Of a DNA stretch of 64,000 nucleotides, positions 46,716 through 57,457 are shown one piece after another. The notes below the pieces were generated by a model that ran no database searches, was not told the DNA's origin, and saw only the letters and a list, made by a program, of their open reading frames with translations. The stretch lies in the sequence record PV654397.1; one strand, 5' to 3'. A program made the position numbers and the translations under genes. Position 1 is the first letter of the stretch. Each line of letters begins with the position of its first letter.

Positions 46716-49445
46716 TTAATGCCAACGTGTACCAGAGCTTGAAGGAACACCAGTACTTGCTGGGATAGCAGAACCACGCTTGGTCGTACTAGGTCTGTAT
46801 GTCAAGAATCGTGTTACCTTTTCCGTATCAATTGACGTGATACTCGTACTTCCAGTAACAATATCACCAACGTATACGTTTGTCAATGTCTCATCAAGAA
46901 GAGTGGTACTGATAACGTATGCCGCTTTTCTTGTGTTACGGTTCATTTGAATGTAAAGATAAAAAGTACTGTTAGCTGGGTTAGTTTTAATAGTACTTAA
47001 TTCTATGTTTTGAATCGCTAATCTATCAAACATACCTCCAAGGAATACCGGAACTTCACGGGTGAAGTACACAGTGAAACCTTCAGCAACATCTTGTGAA
47101 ACTACTACGATTTTATCTTGTACAGTTCCTGAACCATCAATCAACCCATCCATCTGTGCTGATGTTGTCCCGAAGAGACTAAACACTGCTTTGGTTTGAT
47201 AATCTGAATCTTGTAGATGATAGTATCCAAATCCAACACCTGGTATAACTCCGTGCTGGAATGCATTGCCATTATCTATGTAGCTGGATGACATAAAACG
47301 GTTAGATGTAATCAAACCATTCACTGTTTTAGCAATCATCAATTTGAATTGAGCATTACCTGGTTGTGAAAACTGATGAACTGCATCAACCCCAATATAA
47401 CCAAAGCCAGAATACTTTGCAACAGTTAGACCAGTACAGCGTTTCATATAGGCTTCAGTTACAATACCTGTTACAGAATTAAGTGTTTCGTATCTAGAAC
47501 TCACCATAGTCGCAGAACTAATATTGGTTCCTGAAATTGTAACATCAACTTCAGAATATATTGCATAACCTTGGTTATTGCCTAAGTTATATGCAGAAAC
47601 CACCGCAATAGATTTTGAGAAAGAACTATCTGGTACATAATATAAAGCAATTTTACCAGTAAATGCTCCTACTATTCCAATATTAGCAAGTATTTCTTGT
47701 TTTAATGTTTCTAGAACATTATCACCAATTGTATAAGAACCATCAAATTCTAAAGTATCTGGGTTAAACAAACCACCACTTGTTTTGTATACACCTTCAA
47801 TGAATGATGTCCCATAGCATTTAACTGAACCGTCAGTGTCAATTAATGAAATCATACCTGTATATTTGTAGTTGTCGCCGAGGCGAATTCGGTTGGCTTG
47901 TGGTGCAAAACCATTAAGTGTTGTATTGTTTTGTACTGAATTGAACTGGAAGGTTGGTTCAGTACCAATTTCAGAAAATACTGTATTGTTATAGCCATAT
48001 GACTCATCTTCATATGTTCCAGAACATGCTAACAGTACTTTACGTTTATCAATAAAACGTGTTCCTAAAAGGTTTTCACCTACTGCACTACCATATGTTG
48101 GTGCAACGTTTACAAATTTAGAATTGTTCGCTTTGCGAGTACTGGCAACCCAACTATCATATGGTGTTCCTGTTACGTTATAAACCTGAATACCATAGGT
48201 TTCAGAAGAACTCCAACGAGCACGAGTACTGAATACTAAACCGTCATAGGTTTGGCATATAGAACCAACGTTACCTAATTGCGGAACACCTAACTGTGTA
48301 CCCATGAAGTTGTTCATCTCAATGGCAAATGGGTTTGTTAATGTGAATCCATCAACATCATTATATTCCGCTGCTATTGGTGCTCTACTACTTCCATCAA
48401 TTGATAATGATTTAGAGTTGATAGTATAAACAAAACTAAAACCACTAGCATAAACAGTACTAATATATAGATTTGATACTAAACGGTTAGTTGGGAATAA
48501 TGTAATTCTAATCTTTGATAAATCGGGACTTACGTTTGCTTGTATATTATAATCTGTATAATCTGAATATTCAACTCGTGTAACTGGTGAAGTGCATTCA
48601 AATAATGAATCACTACTAGTTCCAACTGAATATAATCTTTCATAAATTTTCAAATTATTAGCACTTGTGTAGTTAACACTTCTTAAGGTTTGACCGGAAA
48701 AACCAGTAACCTTAGCAAAAGTACTCATAGTACCATCTTTAATACTACTTGTATTAACAGTATATAATGTTAAAGCCAAACCATAGTTTGCTATAGTAGT
48801 GTCTTTGCACCACACAAATACTTTATCATTGACGATATGTGCATATAATGGTTTATCTGTACCAAATGATGTAGCAGCGATAGAAGCGTGAATATGTGCA
48901 ACTTCGTTAAATGTACCATTTGTTAAAGTGAAAATATAATTACTTGCACTAGATAGGCTAACTAGTAATTCATAACCATTCGTTCCGATGAACTGTTTAA
49001 CATTTTCAGTACTTGGAAGAATTCTAGGATGATATTTTGATGTAGTACTGATAACACTACTTTGTGTCAGTGCATCAATATTACGTAAATCACGAATAAA
49101 TGCGTAGTAATATCCTTCAGTACTACCATTTGTACCAGCACGTAATACCACACCAGTACCATCATCTTCGACTATTGTTGGTTGCATACGGTATACATCT
49201 GAAAGCGACGTTGCCCCTTCGTATGAACCATTAACGTTTAATGGTAGATAATCCATTTCCCCTATACGGGAGATTGGTAACATATCAAGTATTTTTTGAA
49301 CTTCTGATCTTTTATAAATTGGATAGTCAACAATACCTGTATTTGCGTCTGGTGCTGTACCATTAAAAGTACGCATAGCGTACTTTCCACCAATTGCCAA
49401 ATTTCCAAGTATAGCAGCACTACCAATGATGCGTTTGGATGACAT
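46716..49445 (-). CDS. Large virion structural protein (tail fibre/baseplate-associated), paralog 1
   Basis: 909 aa, S/T/G/Y-rich; shares N- and C-terminal modules with 50062-52758. Confidence 0.7.
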   Translation of the reverse strand: MSSKRIIGSAAILGNLAIGGKYAMRTFNGTAPDANTGIVDYPIYKRSEVQKILDMLPISRIGEMDYLPLNVNGSYEGATSLSDVYRMQPTIVEDDGTGVVLRAGTNGSTEGYYYAFIRDLRNIDALTQSSVISTTSKYHPRILPSTENVKQFIGTNGYELLVSLSSASNYIFTLTNGTFNEVAHIHASIAATSFGTDKPLYAHIVNDKVFVWCKDTTIANYGLALTLYTVNTSSIKDGTMSTFAKVTGFSGQTLRSVNYTSANNLKIYERLYSVGTSSDSLFECTSPVTRVEYSDYTDYNIQANVSPDLSKIRITLFPTNRLVSNLYISTVYASGFSFVYTINSKSLSIDGSSRAPIAAEYNDVDGFTLTNPFAIEMNNFMGTQLGVPQLGNVGSICQTYDGLVFSTRARWSSSETYGIQVYNVTGTPYDSWVASTRKANNSKFVNVAPTYGSAVGENLLGTRFIDKRKVLLACSGTYEDESYGYNNTVFSEIGTEPTFQFNSVQNNTTLNGFAPQANRIRLGDNYKYTGMISLIDTDGSVKCYGTSFIEGVYKTSGGLFNPDTLEFDGSYTIGDNVLETLKQEILANIGIVGAFTGKIALYYVPDSSFSKSIAVVSAYNLGNNQGYAIYSEVDVTISGTNISSATMVSSRYETLNSVTGIVTEAYMKRCTGLTVAKYSGFGYIGVDAVHQFSQPGNAQFKLMIAKTVNGLITSNRFMSSSYIDNGNAFQHGVIPGVGFGYYHLQDSDYQTKAVFSLFGTTSAQMDGLIDGSGTVQDKIVVVSQDVAEGFTVYFTREVPVFLGGMFDRLAIQNIELSTIKTNPANSTFYLYIQMNRNTRKAAYVISTTLLDETLTNVYVGDIVTGSTSITSIDTEKVTRFLTYRPSTTKRGSAIPASTGVPSSSGTRWH

Positions 49446-49461
49446 ATTCTTTTTCCTTTAA

Positions 49462-50049
49462 TTACCAGTCTAATGTACCAGTTTGTGTTGGATTTCCAGT
49501 ACTGACTGGGAAAGATGAACCTTTTTGTGTTGTACTTGGTCTGTATGTATTGAATCGTGATACGCGTTCAATGTTAATAGCAGTAATACCAGAAGTTCCA
49601 ACGGTAATAGTCCCGATGAACATTATAATCTGTGATTCTTGTAATTGTGAAGTTGAGATTCTATAAATTGGCTCACCCAGTACTAAAGTAGCGTATACAT
49701 ATTGTGTTTGTGTTCCTGATGCCACTGTTGGTGCTGTCACTGCAACAACAGGGTAATTATAAAGATAGCCACCGATGAATGCAGGTATCTCTCGGTTAAA
49801 ACGTAATGAATAACCGCTTGATGTAATTGACAAACTAGATACATCATAAAGTTCACCATATTGTGATAATGGTAAACCGTTAACAATAGAATCAACTTCA
49901 TCTTTTGTTAAGAGGGGGAATGTACATTCCCCATTTGCGTCTGTTCGATACGATACGTCATTAATATCACTAATAGATAGTCCAGTGTTTTTATTCTGGA
50001 CTACGATTTGTGACATAGCTTCGATATCGGATCTTATAATATATGCCAT
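49462..50049 (-). CDS. Structural protein sharing the C-terminal module of its neighbours
   Basis: RVSRFNTYRPSTTQKGSSFPVSTG.P.QTGT.DW. Confidence 0.7.
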   Translation of the reverse strand: MAYIIRSDIEAMSQIVVQNKNTGLSISDINDVSYRTDANGECTFPLLTKDEVDSIVNGLPLSQYGELYDVSSLSITSSGYSLRFNREIPAFIGGYLYNYPVVAVTAPTVASGTQTQYVYATLVLGEPIYRISTSQLQESQIIMFIGTITVGTSGITAINIERVSRFNTYRPSTTQKGSSFPVSTGNPTQTGTLDW

Positions 50050-50061
50050 AAGATTAATCCT

Positions 50062-52758
50062 TTACCAATTGATTGTTCCTGTTTGTGACGGTAGACCATA
50101 ACTAACTGGGAATGAAGAACCAGCAGCTTCAAGCGACGCACCGAAAATATCCAATCTTGAACGTTTTTGTATGTTAACATTTGATATTTGTAGTGAGTTT
50201 GTTTGTATAGTACCTATCCAGAAAATATTATATGCTGTAGTACCAGTCTCTGAAATAACATCAGTTGTTATTACATATTTTGCATTACCTTGTTCCATTT
50301 TAACATATACATGAAATAATGTGTTTGCTGGATTAGCCTTAACTGTAGTTAAGTTTATACTAGTAATCGGTAATGTAAATGCTTTACCAGAAAGAATTAC
50401 TGGAGTTTCTTCTGTGAAGTACACAATAAAACCTTGAGCAACGTCTTGTGAAACTACGTTAATCGGTGCACCTTGAGCAGTCCAGTTATTATAATCAGCA
50501 ATTGTAGTACCACATTTTTGGAAAGTCATTTTGTTTACATAGTCTATTGCTTGGAAATAACCAAAACCAATACCAGGTAAAGCTGCTGGTTGAATACCTT
50601 GCTCATAACTTGCATGTGAACCACTGATAATAAAACTATCAAATTGTGCAGTTGCTTTTGTTACATATGCTCTGAATTGGTGTGTACTTGTATTACCAAT
50701 AGTTGGGTGAGATAATGGGTCAGAACCACCTATGAAGTAGAAAGAACCACCATCATATATTGTTAAACCAACAGAAGACGATGCAAAACTACCATTACCA
50801 TTTGGTGTAAAGTTACTTCCGTAAACGTTTTCTAGTACTAAACGCTTGAAGGTAATTGTAGTGATATTACCTGAACGTGTATTCACATTCACTTCAGCAA
50901 TTCTAATATAGTTCTGATATGTATTTGTAACTGTACTTAGCATTACGAATGCAGGTATATCAGTTTGTTGTGGAACAAACAATGTCATATCTTTATAAGC
51001 AGCAGGAGATAAGTTCCAGTCGCTTAGTACTTTAGCGTATTCAGCATTTCTGAAATTATCAAGTACTGATTGAGTAACACTAATAATACCAGTTCCGTTC
51101 ATATTTTTATCATATGATAGTGATTGGGAATATCTCTGACCAACCATGAATATCCCACCATTTGTAGTAACATTATTACCACTAATGGAACTAATAAAAA
51201 CTCTGTTGTTCGTGTTATCTGTCACATTAGCACGTTCTGTTGTTGGCTCATAACCTTGTATGGTTCCACGTGATAAAGAATTAAACGTAAAGTTAGGAGT
51301 ACTTTTATGAACTGCATAAGATGGACGGAATGCACCAGAACCAGATGAACGAGAATACTGTTTAGTACTGTTCCCTGGAAGCAATTCTACGCCGTTAACA
51401 AAAGAACCAACTGCTGAACCAAATGAAGGACGAACTATGCCATTTCTGAAATCAGTTGAAATGTTCGCACGTACATTAATCATGCTATATATTGATTGTG
51501 CAGTAAATTTAGCTTTCTGCATAAGCAATGGTTCTGCTAAGTTTGGACATGCAGTACAGAATACTTCACCTGTATTCAGATAATAATATGAACTGTAAAT
51601 GTTTCTTGCACCGCTATGATCATATAACGGATCGTTGTTGAGAACATTACCAGTAGCAACCAATGCCGAACCTGTGTTTGTAACAACAAATGGTGCAGCA
51701 AATGTACCAATATCGTTCCCATTATCCAAGTTACATTGTTTAGTACTCATGTTAAAATTGAAACTATAACTATGCTGTGGTCGGGTATTGTAGTTTGCCA
51801 TAGTGAACCATGCGTCACCATTCATTCTGAATCGGAAGTTCTGCGTTCCTGGCTCTTGAGCAACATACAAATCGATTGAGGTCATGTAAATTCCAATACC
51901 AGCTAAATTCTGTGGTACATAAACATATGGCTTATCTGCAATGTTTGTTGATGTAACATGGTCAGTAATGATCATATTATTCTGAGCAGTATATGTAGTA
52001 TTGTAAAAAGTTTTTGTTGTCCACCCCGTGATTCGGGTAGCAGTATAAGTACCGTTTGCAATATTCAACACAACACGAACAACAACAATCTGTAGTTTGT
52101 TATTTTCATTAAGGACGTTGAATACATAAACTGAACCGTCTTCTGCCATCATAGCATACTCAATCCCACCTTCAGGTGAAATATCAGCTTGGTTCACAAA
52201 AAGACCACTATGTTGTGTATCATCCAATGTACCATTCGTTACTGATATAAACAACCCATTAGTACTGGTAGATGTGTCATTGTAACGACCTAACAGTATT
52301 TTTGAATCGGTATTGTATAAACCAATAGCAACACGGTTTGCCCCGAAATAGCCAGGCTTATACTGACGGCTTGTATTAACAGTACGACTCATATCGGTAA
52401 CTGATAATGCGTTCGCTAGGTAAGAATAAAACAAACCTTCAACACTACCGTTTGTACCACTACGTAATAGTACTAATGTGCCATCGTTTTCTAAAAGTAT
52501 TTTGTTTCTACGTTGGGATTGGTTTTCTGATGCACCATTAAAATCACCAGATACCCCAGCAGGTAGATAGTTATGTGTACCATAATGCGAGATTGGAAGT
52601 AAACTAATTACATCAAGTAATTCTTCTTTGGAATATGTATCAATTTCCATATTACCATTAGCATCAAATACTTGATCATTGATGCCCTGTACTGTTCTTT
52701 TCCCTTTAACTGTCACATTATGAGTGACGTCTAAGCCACCATATATTTTCTTTGACAT
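50062..52758 (-). CDS. Large virion structural protein, paralog 2
   Basis: 898 aa; LPISHYG..YLP, LLRSGTNGS.EG, VVSQDVAQGF; TAAATA upstream. Confidence 0.7.
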   Translation of the reverse strand: MSKKIYGGLDVTHNVTVKGKRTVQGINDQVFDANGNMEIDTYSKEELLDVISLLPISHYGTHNYLPAGVSGDFNGASENQSQRRNKILLENDGTLVLLRSGTNGSVEGLFYSYLANALSVTDMSRTVNTSRQYKPGYFGANRVAIGLYNTDSKILLGRYNDTSTSTNGLFISVTNGTLDDTQHSGLFVNQADISPEGGIEYAMMAEDGSVYVFNVLNENNKLQIVVVRVVLNIANGTYTATRITGWTTKTFYNTTYTAQNNMIITDHVTSTNIADKPYVYVPQNLAGIGIYMTSIDLYVAQEPGTQNFRFRMNGDAWFTMANYNTRPQHSYSFNFNMSTKQCNLDNGNDIGTFAAPFVVTNTGSALVATGNVLNNDPLYDHSGARNIYSSYYYLNTGEVFCTACPNLAEPLLMQKAKFTAQSIYSMINVRANISTDFRNGIVRPSFGSAVGSFVNGVELLPGNSTKQYSRSSGSGAFRPSYAVHKSTPNFTFNSLSRGTIQGYEPTTERANVTDNTNNRVFISSISGNNVTTNGGIFMVGQRYSQSLSYDKNMNGTGIISVTQSVLDNFRNAEYAKVLSDWNLSPAAYKDMTLFVPQQTDIPAFVMLSTVTNTYQNYIRIAEVNVNTRSGNITTITFKRLVLENVYGSNFTPNGNGSFASSSVGLTIYDGGSFYFIGGSDPLSHPTIGNTSTHQFRAYVTKATAQFDSFIISGSHASYEQGIQPAALPGIGFGYFQAIDYVNKMTFQKCGTTIADYNNWTAQGAPINVVSQDVAQGFIVYFTEETPVILSGKAFTLPITSINLTTVKANPANTLFHVYVKMEQGNAKYVITTDVISETGTTAYNIFWIGTIQTNSLQISNVNIQKRSRLDIFGASLEAAGSSFPVSYGLPSQTGTINW

Positions 52759-52807
52759 ACATATCCCTTGTAATTTAGATATTAGTTACTGTATTTATGA
52801 ATGTACT

Positions 52808-52829
52808 AAAAAAGCACCCATTGGGTGCT
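52808..52829 (-). terminator. Intrinsic terminator after nrdG
   Basis: aagcaccc-att-gggtgctt with a minus-strand U tract. Confidence 0.7.
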
Positions 52830-52834
52830 TGTGT

Positions 52835-53305
52835 TTAAAAGTCTTTATTTTTATATAAAATACGTTGGTTATTTGAACCACGAAAAGGTAATGTCAAATT
52901 CTTTTCATCTGAAACAAATTTACCATCAACTAATACATCTAAGTACTGAAGAATGTCTTTAGCATGATTATCCATAATCTCTTCTAACGTATATCCACTC
53001 CAGCACCAAATAGTTTTATTGGGATAAGTCTCTTTTACAATCTTACATAGCTCTAAAATTGTTTCGATGTTCTTTTTCATTAGAGGATCTCCACCAAGGA
53101 GTGATAACCCACTAATGTACGGTTTACTGAGTTCAGCTAAAATTATATCAATTGTATCAGTACTGAACTCTTGTCCACTTCTATAATCCCATGCTTCTTC
53201 ATTGAAGCATCCGGCACACCCATGACTGCACCCACTAACAAAAAGGGAGCATCTTACTCCCTCCCCATTAATAAGGTCGTCTTTAATTATCGTCTGGTAA
53301 TTCAT
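52835..53305 (-). CDS. nrdG: Anaerobic ribonucleotide reductase activase
   Basis: NGEGVRCSLFVSGCSHGCAGCFN, GGDP, FRGSNNQR. Confidence 0.96.
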   Translation of the reverse strand: MNYQTIIKDDLINGEGVRCSLFVSGCSHGCAGCFNEEAWDYRSGQEFSTDTIDIILAELSKPYISGLSLLGGDPLMKKNIETILELCKIVKETYPNKTIWCWSGYTLEEIMDNHAKDILQYLDVLVDGKFVSDEKNLTLPFRGSNNQRILYKNKDF

Positions 53306-53609
53306 CTAATATTGCACTCACTATCTCAACGAGAACATCACCATGACATGATTTCGGTTTACAGAAACAGCCAAGACGTTTCCCTGCTAACTCAAGTAAA
53401 TCATCAATCTTAACTTCTCCATTAGAAATACGCTCAATAATGTATTCTCTGAACTTTTCGATTGATTCTTCCCTTGTAGCAACAATGAACTCGGCTTTGG
53501 TCTGTTTATCACTGATATGGGTAAATGGGTTACCCCATTTAGACCCACGACCGATATACACATCATACGGTTCTTTATATTTGTTAACCACAATTGGCTT
53601 TAAATCCAT
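53283..53609 (-). CDS. DUF4326 family protein
   Basis: YDVYIGRGSKWGNPF, LAGKRLGCFCKPK.CHGDVL. Confidence 0.85.
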   Translation of the reverse strand: MDLKPIVVNKYKEPYDVYIGRGSKWGNPFTHISDKQTKAEFIVATREESIEKFREYIIERISNGEVKIDDLLELAGKRLGCFCKPKSCHGDVLVEIVSAILDELPDDN

Positions 53610-53617
53610 AATGTACC

Positions 53618-55450
53618 TTATTTGTGTTGTATACGCTCACAACATTCTTGTTGTTTGCCTTTGTTGAATCCACGAGACGATGGGTTCCCCAAATATCCAG
53701 AAACACGACGAATCACTGAGATTGTCTTCTCATTGCGATTATCACATACTGGACAATGAAAACCGTGTTTATCTACACTGAACTCACCTTTATACCCACA
53801 CTCGAAACACTGGTCAATTGGCTGGTTGATGCCAAAATATGGAATCTTTGTGTAAGCGTAATTGACTAAAGTCTCAAGTGCTTGAATATTGTTACTTAGG
53901 TTGGGTGATTCCACATAACTGATGTTTCCTCCATTACTGAGGTAAGCAAAGCCCTCTTCGTAACTCCACTTATCAAATGCAGAACTTTCTACCCATACTG
54001 GCTGATGGAAGGAATTTGTGATGTAATCACGTTTTAGTACTGAAGGGTATTTAGATTCGATGCAACGTGCAAATTTGTAGCAAAGTGACTCTGCTGGGGT
54101 TCCATATAGACTAAAAGCTATGTTACTCTCTTTTTTGAACTCATCGCATTTCACTTTCATATAATTCAGTACTGACATACAGAACTCCTTACTGATAGAA
54201 CCAGTCAGAATTTCTGAACATTCAACTAAACCAACGTAACCAATACTAATACTAGCATATCCGTTATAAAATAGCTTGTCAATCGTTTCTTCTGCCCCTA
54301 AACGTGAAAGTGCACCTTCCATGAACAAAATCGGATTCTGCTTCGCTTTTGTGCCTTTTAAACGCTCTACACGGTTCATCTGAGCACGATATGCAATATT
54401 CATATGCTCGTCTATTTTATCAAAAAACTCTCCATCTGAGGTACTTTCAAGAGCAATTAGAGGTAAATTGATAGAAACTACGCCTAAGTTGAAACGACCG
54501 TTATATTGCTCATTTCCATTGGAATCTTCCCATTTTCCTAAAAATGAACGACAACCCATCGGAGTTACTGCTGTACTGCCACTTCCTGTAACTTTATGAT
54601 TTAACGGCACAGAAACGAAGTCTGGGTAGATTCTCTTCGATGCACAACGCATTGCCAACTGTTTCATGTCATAGTTGCAATCATCGCTATTCATGTTGAT
54701 TCCGTCCTGTAAAAAGAAAATTACTTTAGGAAACACAGGAGTAATCTTATCTTTGCCTAAACCATTCTCATGTACTTTTAAGTACTGTTCAGTGATTAAT
54801 TTACCAAATTTAGAAGTATTAAGCCCTAAACTAAGAGAAATGAATGCAGCTTGTCCATTAGTGCTAATCATTGAATTAGTCTGGTAAAGTAATGTTTGAC
54901 ATCCATCGTATACTTCTTTTCGTAATTCTTCTTCAATGAACTCATCACTTAGATTATATTTCTTTTGTTTTTCTAACAGCTTATCCCATGACTTTTGAAC
55001 GTAAGGTTCTAAACCGACATCAATGTGAGCCAACGATTGACCGCCGTATTGGGAACTAGCTACTGCTTGTACAATCTGTGTCAGTACTGTACATGCTACA
55101 CTAAAACTCTTTGGTTCTTCAATTTTGGCACAACCAATGGTAAATCCATTTTTTAGCATATCTGGATAGTTAACCAAGCAACAGTTAGTTAATGGGCTGA
55201 TATAGTAGTCTAAATCATGAATGTGACCATAACCATCATTATGCCACTGCATTAGCTCCTTTGGAATAACATCTTGTGAATAATGCTTAGATAGGATACC
55301 AGCAAGTAAATCCCTGTGTGTATTGACGCATTTCGCATCTTTGTTTGCATTTTCATTTGTAAGATCAGTATTGCTCTGATTTAGGAAATTTGTTACGTCA
55401 GTATATAATTTATCTAATTGCATTTTACTTTCCTTGTATTTTGAAATCAT
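53618..55450 (-). CDS. nrdD: Anaerobic ribonucleoside-triphosphate reductase
   Basis: HIHDLDY, TNCCL, PMGCRSFL, GRFNLGV, TPAESL, CxxC..CxxC, RRVSGYL; no ATP cone. Confidence 0.97.
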   Translation of the reverse strand: MISKYKESKMQLDKLYTDVTNFLNQSNTDLTNENANKDAKCVNTHRDLLAGILSKHYSQDVIPKELMQWHNDGYGHIHDLDYYISPLTNCCLVNYPDMLKNGFTIGCAKIEEPKSFSVACTVLTQIVQAVASSQYGGQSLAHIDVGLEPYVQKSWDKLLEKQKKYNLSDEFIEEELRKEVYDGCQTLLYQTNSMISTNGQAAFISLSLGLNTSKFGKLITEQYLKVHENGLGKDKITPVFPKVIFFLQDGINMNSDDCNYDMKQLAMRCASKRIYPDFVSVPLNHKVTGSGSTAVTPMGCRSFLGKWEDSNGNEQYNGRFNLGVVSINLPLIALESTSDGEFFDKIDEHMNIAYRAQMNRVERLKGTKAKQNPILFMEGALSRLGAEETIDKLFYNGYASISIGYVGLVECSEILTGSISKEFCMSVLNYMKVKCDEFKKESNIAFSLYGTPAESLCYKFARCIESKYPSVLKRDYITNSFHQPVWVESSAFDKWSYEEGFAYLSNGGNISYVESPNLSNNIQALETLVNYAYTKIPYFGINQPIDQCFECGYKGEFSVDKHGFHCPVCDNRNEKTISVIRRVSGYLGNPSSRGFNKGKQQECCERIQHK

Positions 55451-55685
55451 CTGGGGGTGAAGTTATTTAACATCACCAGACACCATTATAGCGTCAGAAC
55501 AGGGTATTTCTCTTGATCTATATCAAGGAAATGTCACATTGCTTTTTATTTGTACAAATAGAAAAAGCACCACTAGGGTGCTTTAAAGTACTGCTAATAT
55601 AACAACTGCCCAAATTAGCAGTACTACATTGGTTGGAGCGGCAAAAAACATATATGCAGCAAGTGCACTGCATCCGATTACAAGT

Positions 55686-55871
55686 TTAGCTAGTCTCATC
55701 TGGACTCCATGTAATAGTCACAGTAAATGTGCCTTCTTGGAAACCAAATTCATCTTGTGGGATTTGTCCAGCTAATGGGTTAAATCTTGAATCGAATGCT
55801 TCATGTACGTCTCGCTGAATATCATAGAGACTTTCACCATCGTATTCTTTTTTAAAGATTTCATTCTGCAT
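55686..55871 (-). CDS. Hypothetical protein
   Basis: 61-aa ORF in operon. Confidence 0.6.
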   Translation of the reverse strand: MQNEIFKKEYDGESLYDIQRDVHEAFDSRFNPLAGQIPQDEFGFQEGTFTVTITWSPDETS

Positions 55872-56271
55872 TTATACGTAACGACCCTCGTATTCTGTCT
55901 GGATATCCATCAAATAGATCAATGAATTGGTTTAACGCATAAGTACTGATGAATGGATTATTCTTTGCAAGTTCTATGCGTTTTTCAAAATCCATTAATA
56001 TAATCTCTGGTCTACTGAAATTTCCTTTACGTCTATATGTTAGTAAACGCTCGGTATGACCACTGAACTGAAATTCAAAATATGTTGATGCTGCATAATC
56101 ACTTCCATCAGGAACCGGAATTGAAAAATCAACATTGAACTTATTACCAAATGCGAAAAAATACCCACCATCTTCGTGTGGTATAGTTTTATCATTTAGA
56201 TGGAAATCTATTTCATCACCTAATATATCAAATATCTTGATACTTAGAGACATAAAATCGTCGGCTAACAT
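55861..56271 (-). CDS. Hypothetical protein
   Basis: 136-aa ORF. Confidence 0.7.
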   Translation of the reverse strand: MLADDFMSLSIKIFDILGDEIDFHLNDKTIPHEDGGYFFAFGNKFNVDFSIPVPDGSDYAASTYFEFQFSGHTERLLTYRRKGNFSRPEIILMDFEKRIELAKNNPFISTYALNQFIDLFDGYPDRIRGSLRINAE

Positions 56272-56281
56272 TTTTTTTACC

Positions 56282-56500
56282 TTATTTTATAGCTCTACAA
56301 TAGAAATGAATAATATACGGAAATATAGGATTATCTACGTATGTTGCAAAATTAGCTATGGTAATTTTTTTATAGTACGAGTTATGGATGGATATAATGG
56401 TTTGTGGGTCGATTGCTTCTCTATTTGATAGTTCAACAAAACGACCACACTTCATATAAGCCTTACCATAATAATCGTAAGTTATCTCATATTGATCCAT
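56282..56500 (-). CDS. Hypothetical protein
   Basis: 72-aa ORF. Confidence 0.6.
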   Translation of the reverse strand: MDQYEITYDYYGKAYMKCGRFVELSNREAIDPQTIISIHNSYYKKITIANFATYVDNPIFPYIIHFYCRAIK

Positions 56501-56860
56501 TTATTCTGGTTCTTTGTTTTTATCAACAGTATTGTTTTTGTTTAGGTCAATACCGAGTGCCATAGCAGCCGCCATGTTTTCAATACCATCACCGTTGAAG
56601 CGGAAACCTTGCTTGAGTAGGTTTTGTGTGTAGTATTTGTTGTAGAAAAATGCCCATACAAACATGGCGATGAAACCTAATGTACCAAAACTAATAACGT
56701 TCAGGATTACAAAGATGACAAACGCACCGATGAATGTTATAAAATCAGAACGGAATAGTGCAGGGATTGGACCAAAAAAGAATGTAGTCCATGAAAAACC
56801 ATAGAAACCGTCTTTCTTGATTCCAGTACTTTCATTTTTTAAAGAAATAGTTTTAGCCAC
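56501..56860 (-). CDS. Membrane protein, DUF2628-like
   Basis: GTG start after AAGGAG; GFSWTTFFFG...YNK.Y...LLKQG. Confidence 0.65.
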   Translation of the reverse strand: MAKTISLKNESTGIKKDGFYGFSWTTFFFGPIPALFRSDFITFIGAFVIFVILNVISFGTLGFIAMFVWAFFYNKYYTQNLLKQGFRFNGDGIENMAAAMALGIDLNKNNTVDKNKEPE

Positions 56861-56870
56861 AGTTGACTCC

Positions 56871-57092
56871 TTACATGTTATGATTTGGTATACAGTACAC
56901 AAATACTAAATTGGAAAAGTGTTCAGTACTGGAATATTTTGCTAAATCTGTTATATGGAAGTAGACATCTTTGAAATTATCATTCTCAAATGTCGTTATT
57001 TGTAAACAGTGTGTGGGTCTGAAAATATAATAATAAAATATATCATCTTCAGCCACAACTGTATGGTTTTTGTAGCGTTCAATTTTTTTCAT
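56871..57092 (-). CDS. Hypothetical protein
   Basis: Start reassigned to MKKIERY (ATGA coupling). Confidence 0.6.
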   Translation of the reverse strand: MKKIERYKNHTVVAEDDIFYYYIFRPTHCLQITTFENDNFKDVYFHITDLAKYSSTEHFSNLVFVYCIPNHNM

Positions 57093-57457
57093 GTGTGAAT
57101 AATTTCTTTGACCCCATATTCCATAATTGCCAACGTACAAATCTCACAAGGCTTGGCAGGGACTGGAATACCATCTTTACTTACCCGTGCAATCAACAAA
57201 GTATGAACTTCAGCACGAGAAGCCAGCAAACATGAGATTTCAGCATGAAGAAATTCACCTTGTGGACGACCAGCACGGATTGCAAAACCTTTCTGTACTG
57301 GGTGAGTATGTGTGTAAGAATTAGTACGTGTTGCCAATACACGACCTTTCTTATCTAGTGCACGAGCAATCACACGATAACGTTTGTAGCTCCCCACTTG
57401 CTCGATTGGTGGCATCCGTCGCAATTCTTCAATTAGTTTCTCAAGTTTACGATTCAT
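57089..57457 (-). CDS. Zinc-dependent cytidine/dCMP deaminase-like protein
   Basis: HAE...PCEIC motifs. Confidence 0.82.
   Translation of the reverse strand: MNRKLEKLIEELRRMPPIEQVGSYKRYRVIARALDKKGRVLATRTNSYTHTHPVQKGFAIRAGRPQGEFLHAEISCLLASRAEVHTLLIARVSKDGIPVPAKPCEICTLAIMEYGVKEIIHT

Noticed and set aside
55505-55535. Inverted repeat upstream of nrdD as an NrdR box
   Set aside because: tcttgat-ctat-atcaagga is palindromic but matches the NrdR consensus poorly, and there is no tandem second box.
57187-57418. Obligate quadruplet decoding of CGGA or global CGG reassignment
   Set aside because: The deaminase needs CGG read as a normal triplet twice, once followed by A, to keep HAE and PCxxC in frame. 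Any recoding must be context-dependent or partial.
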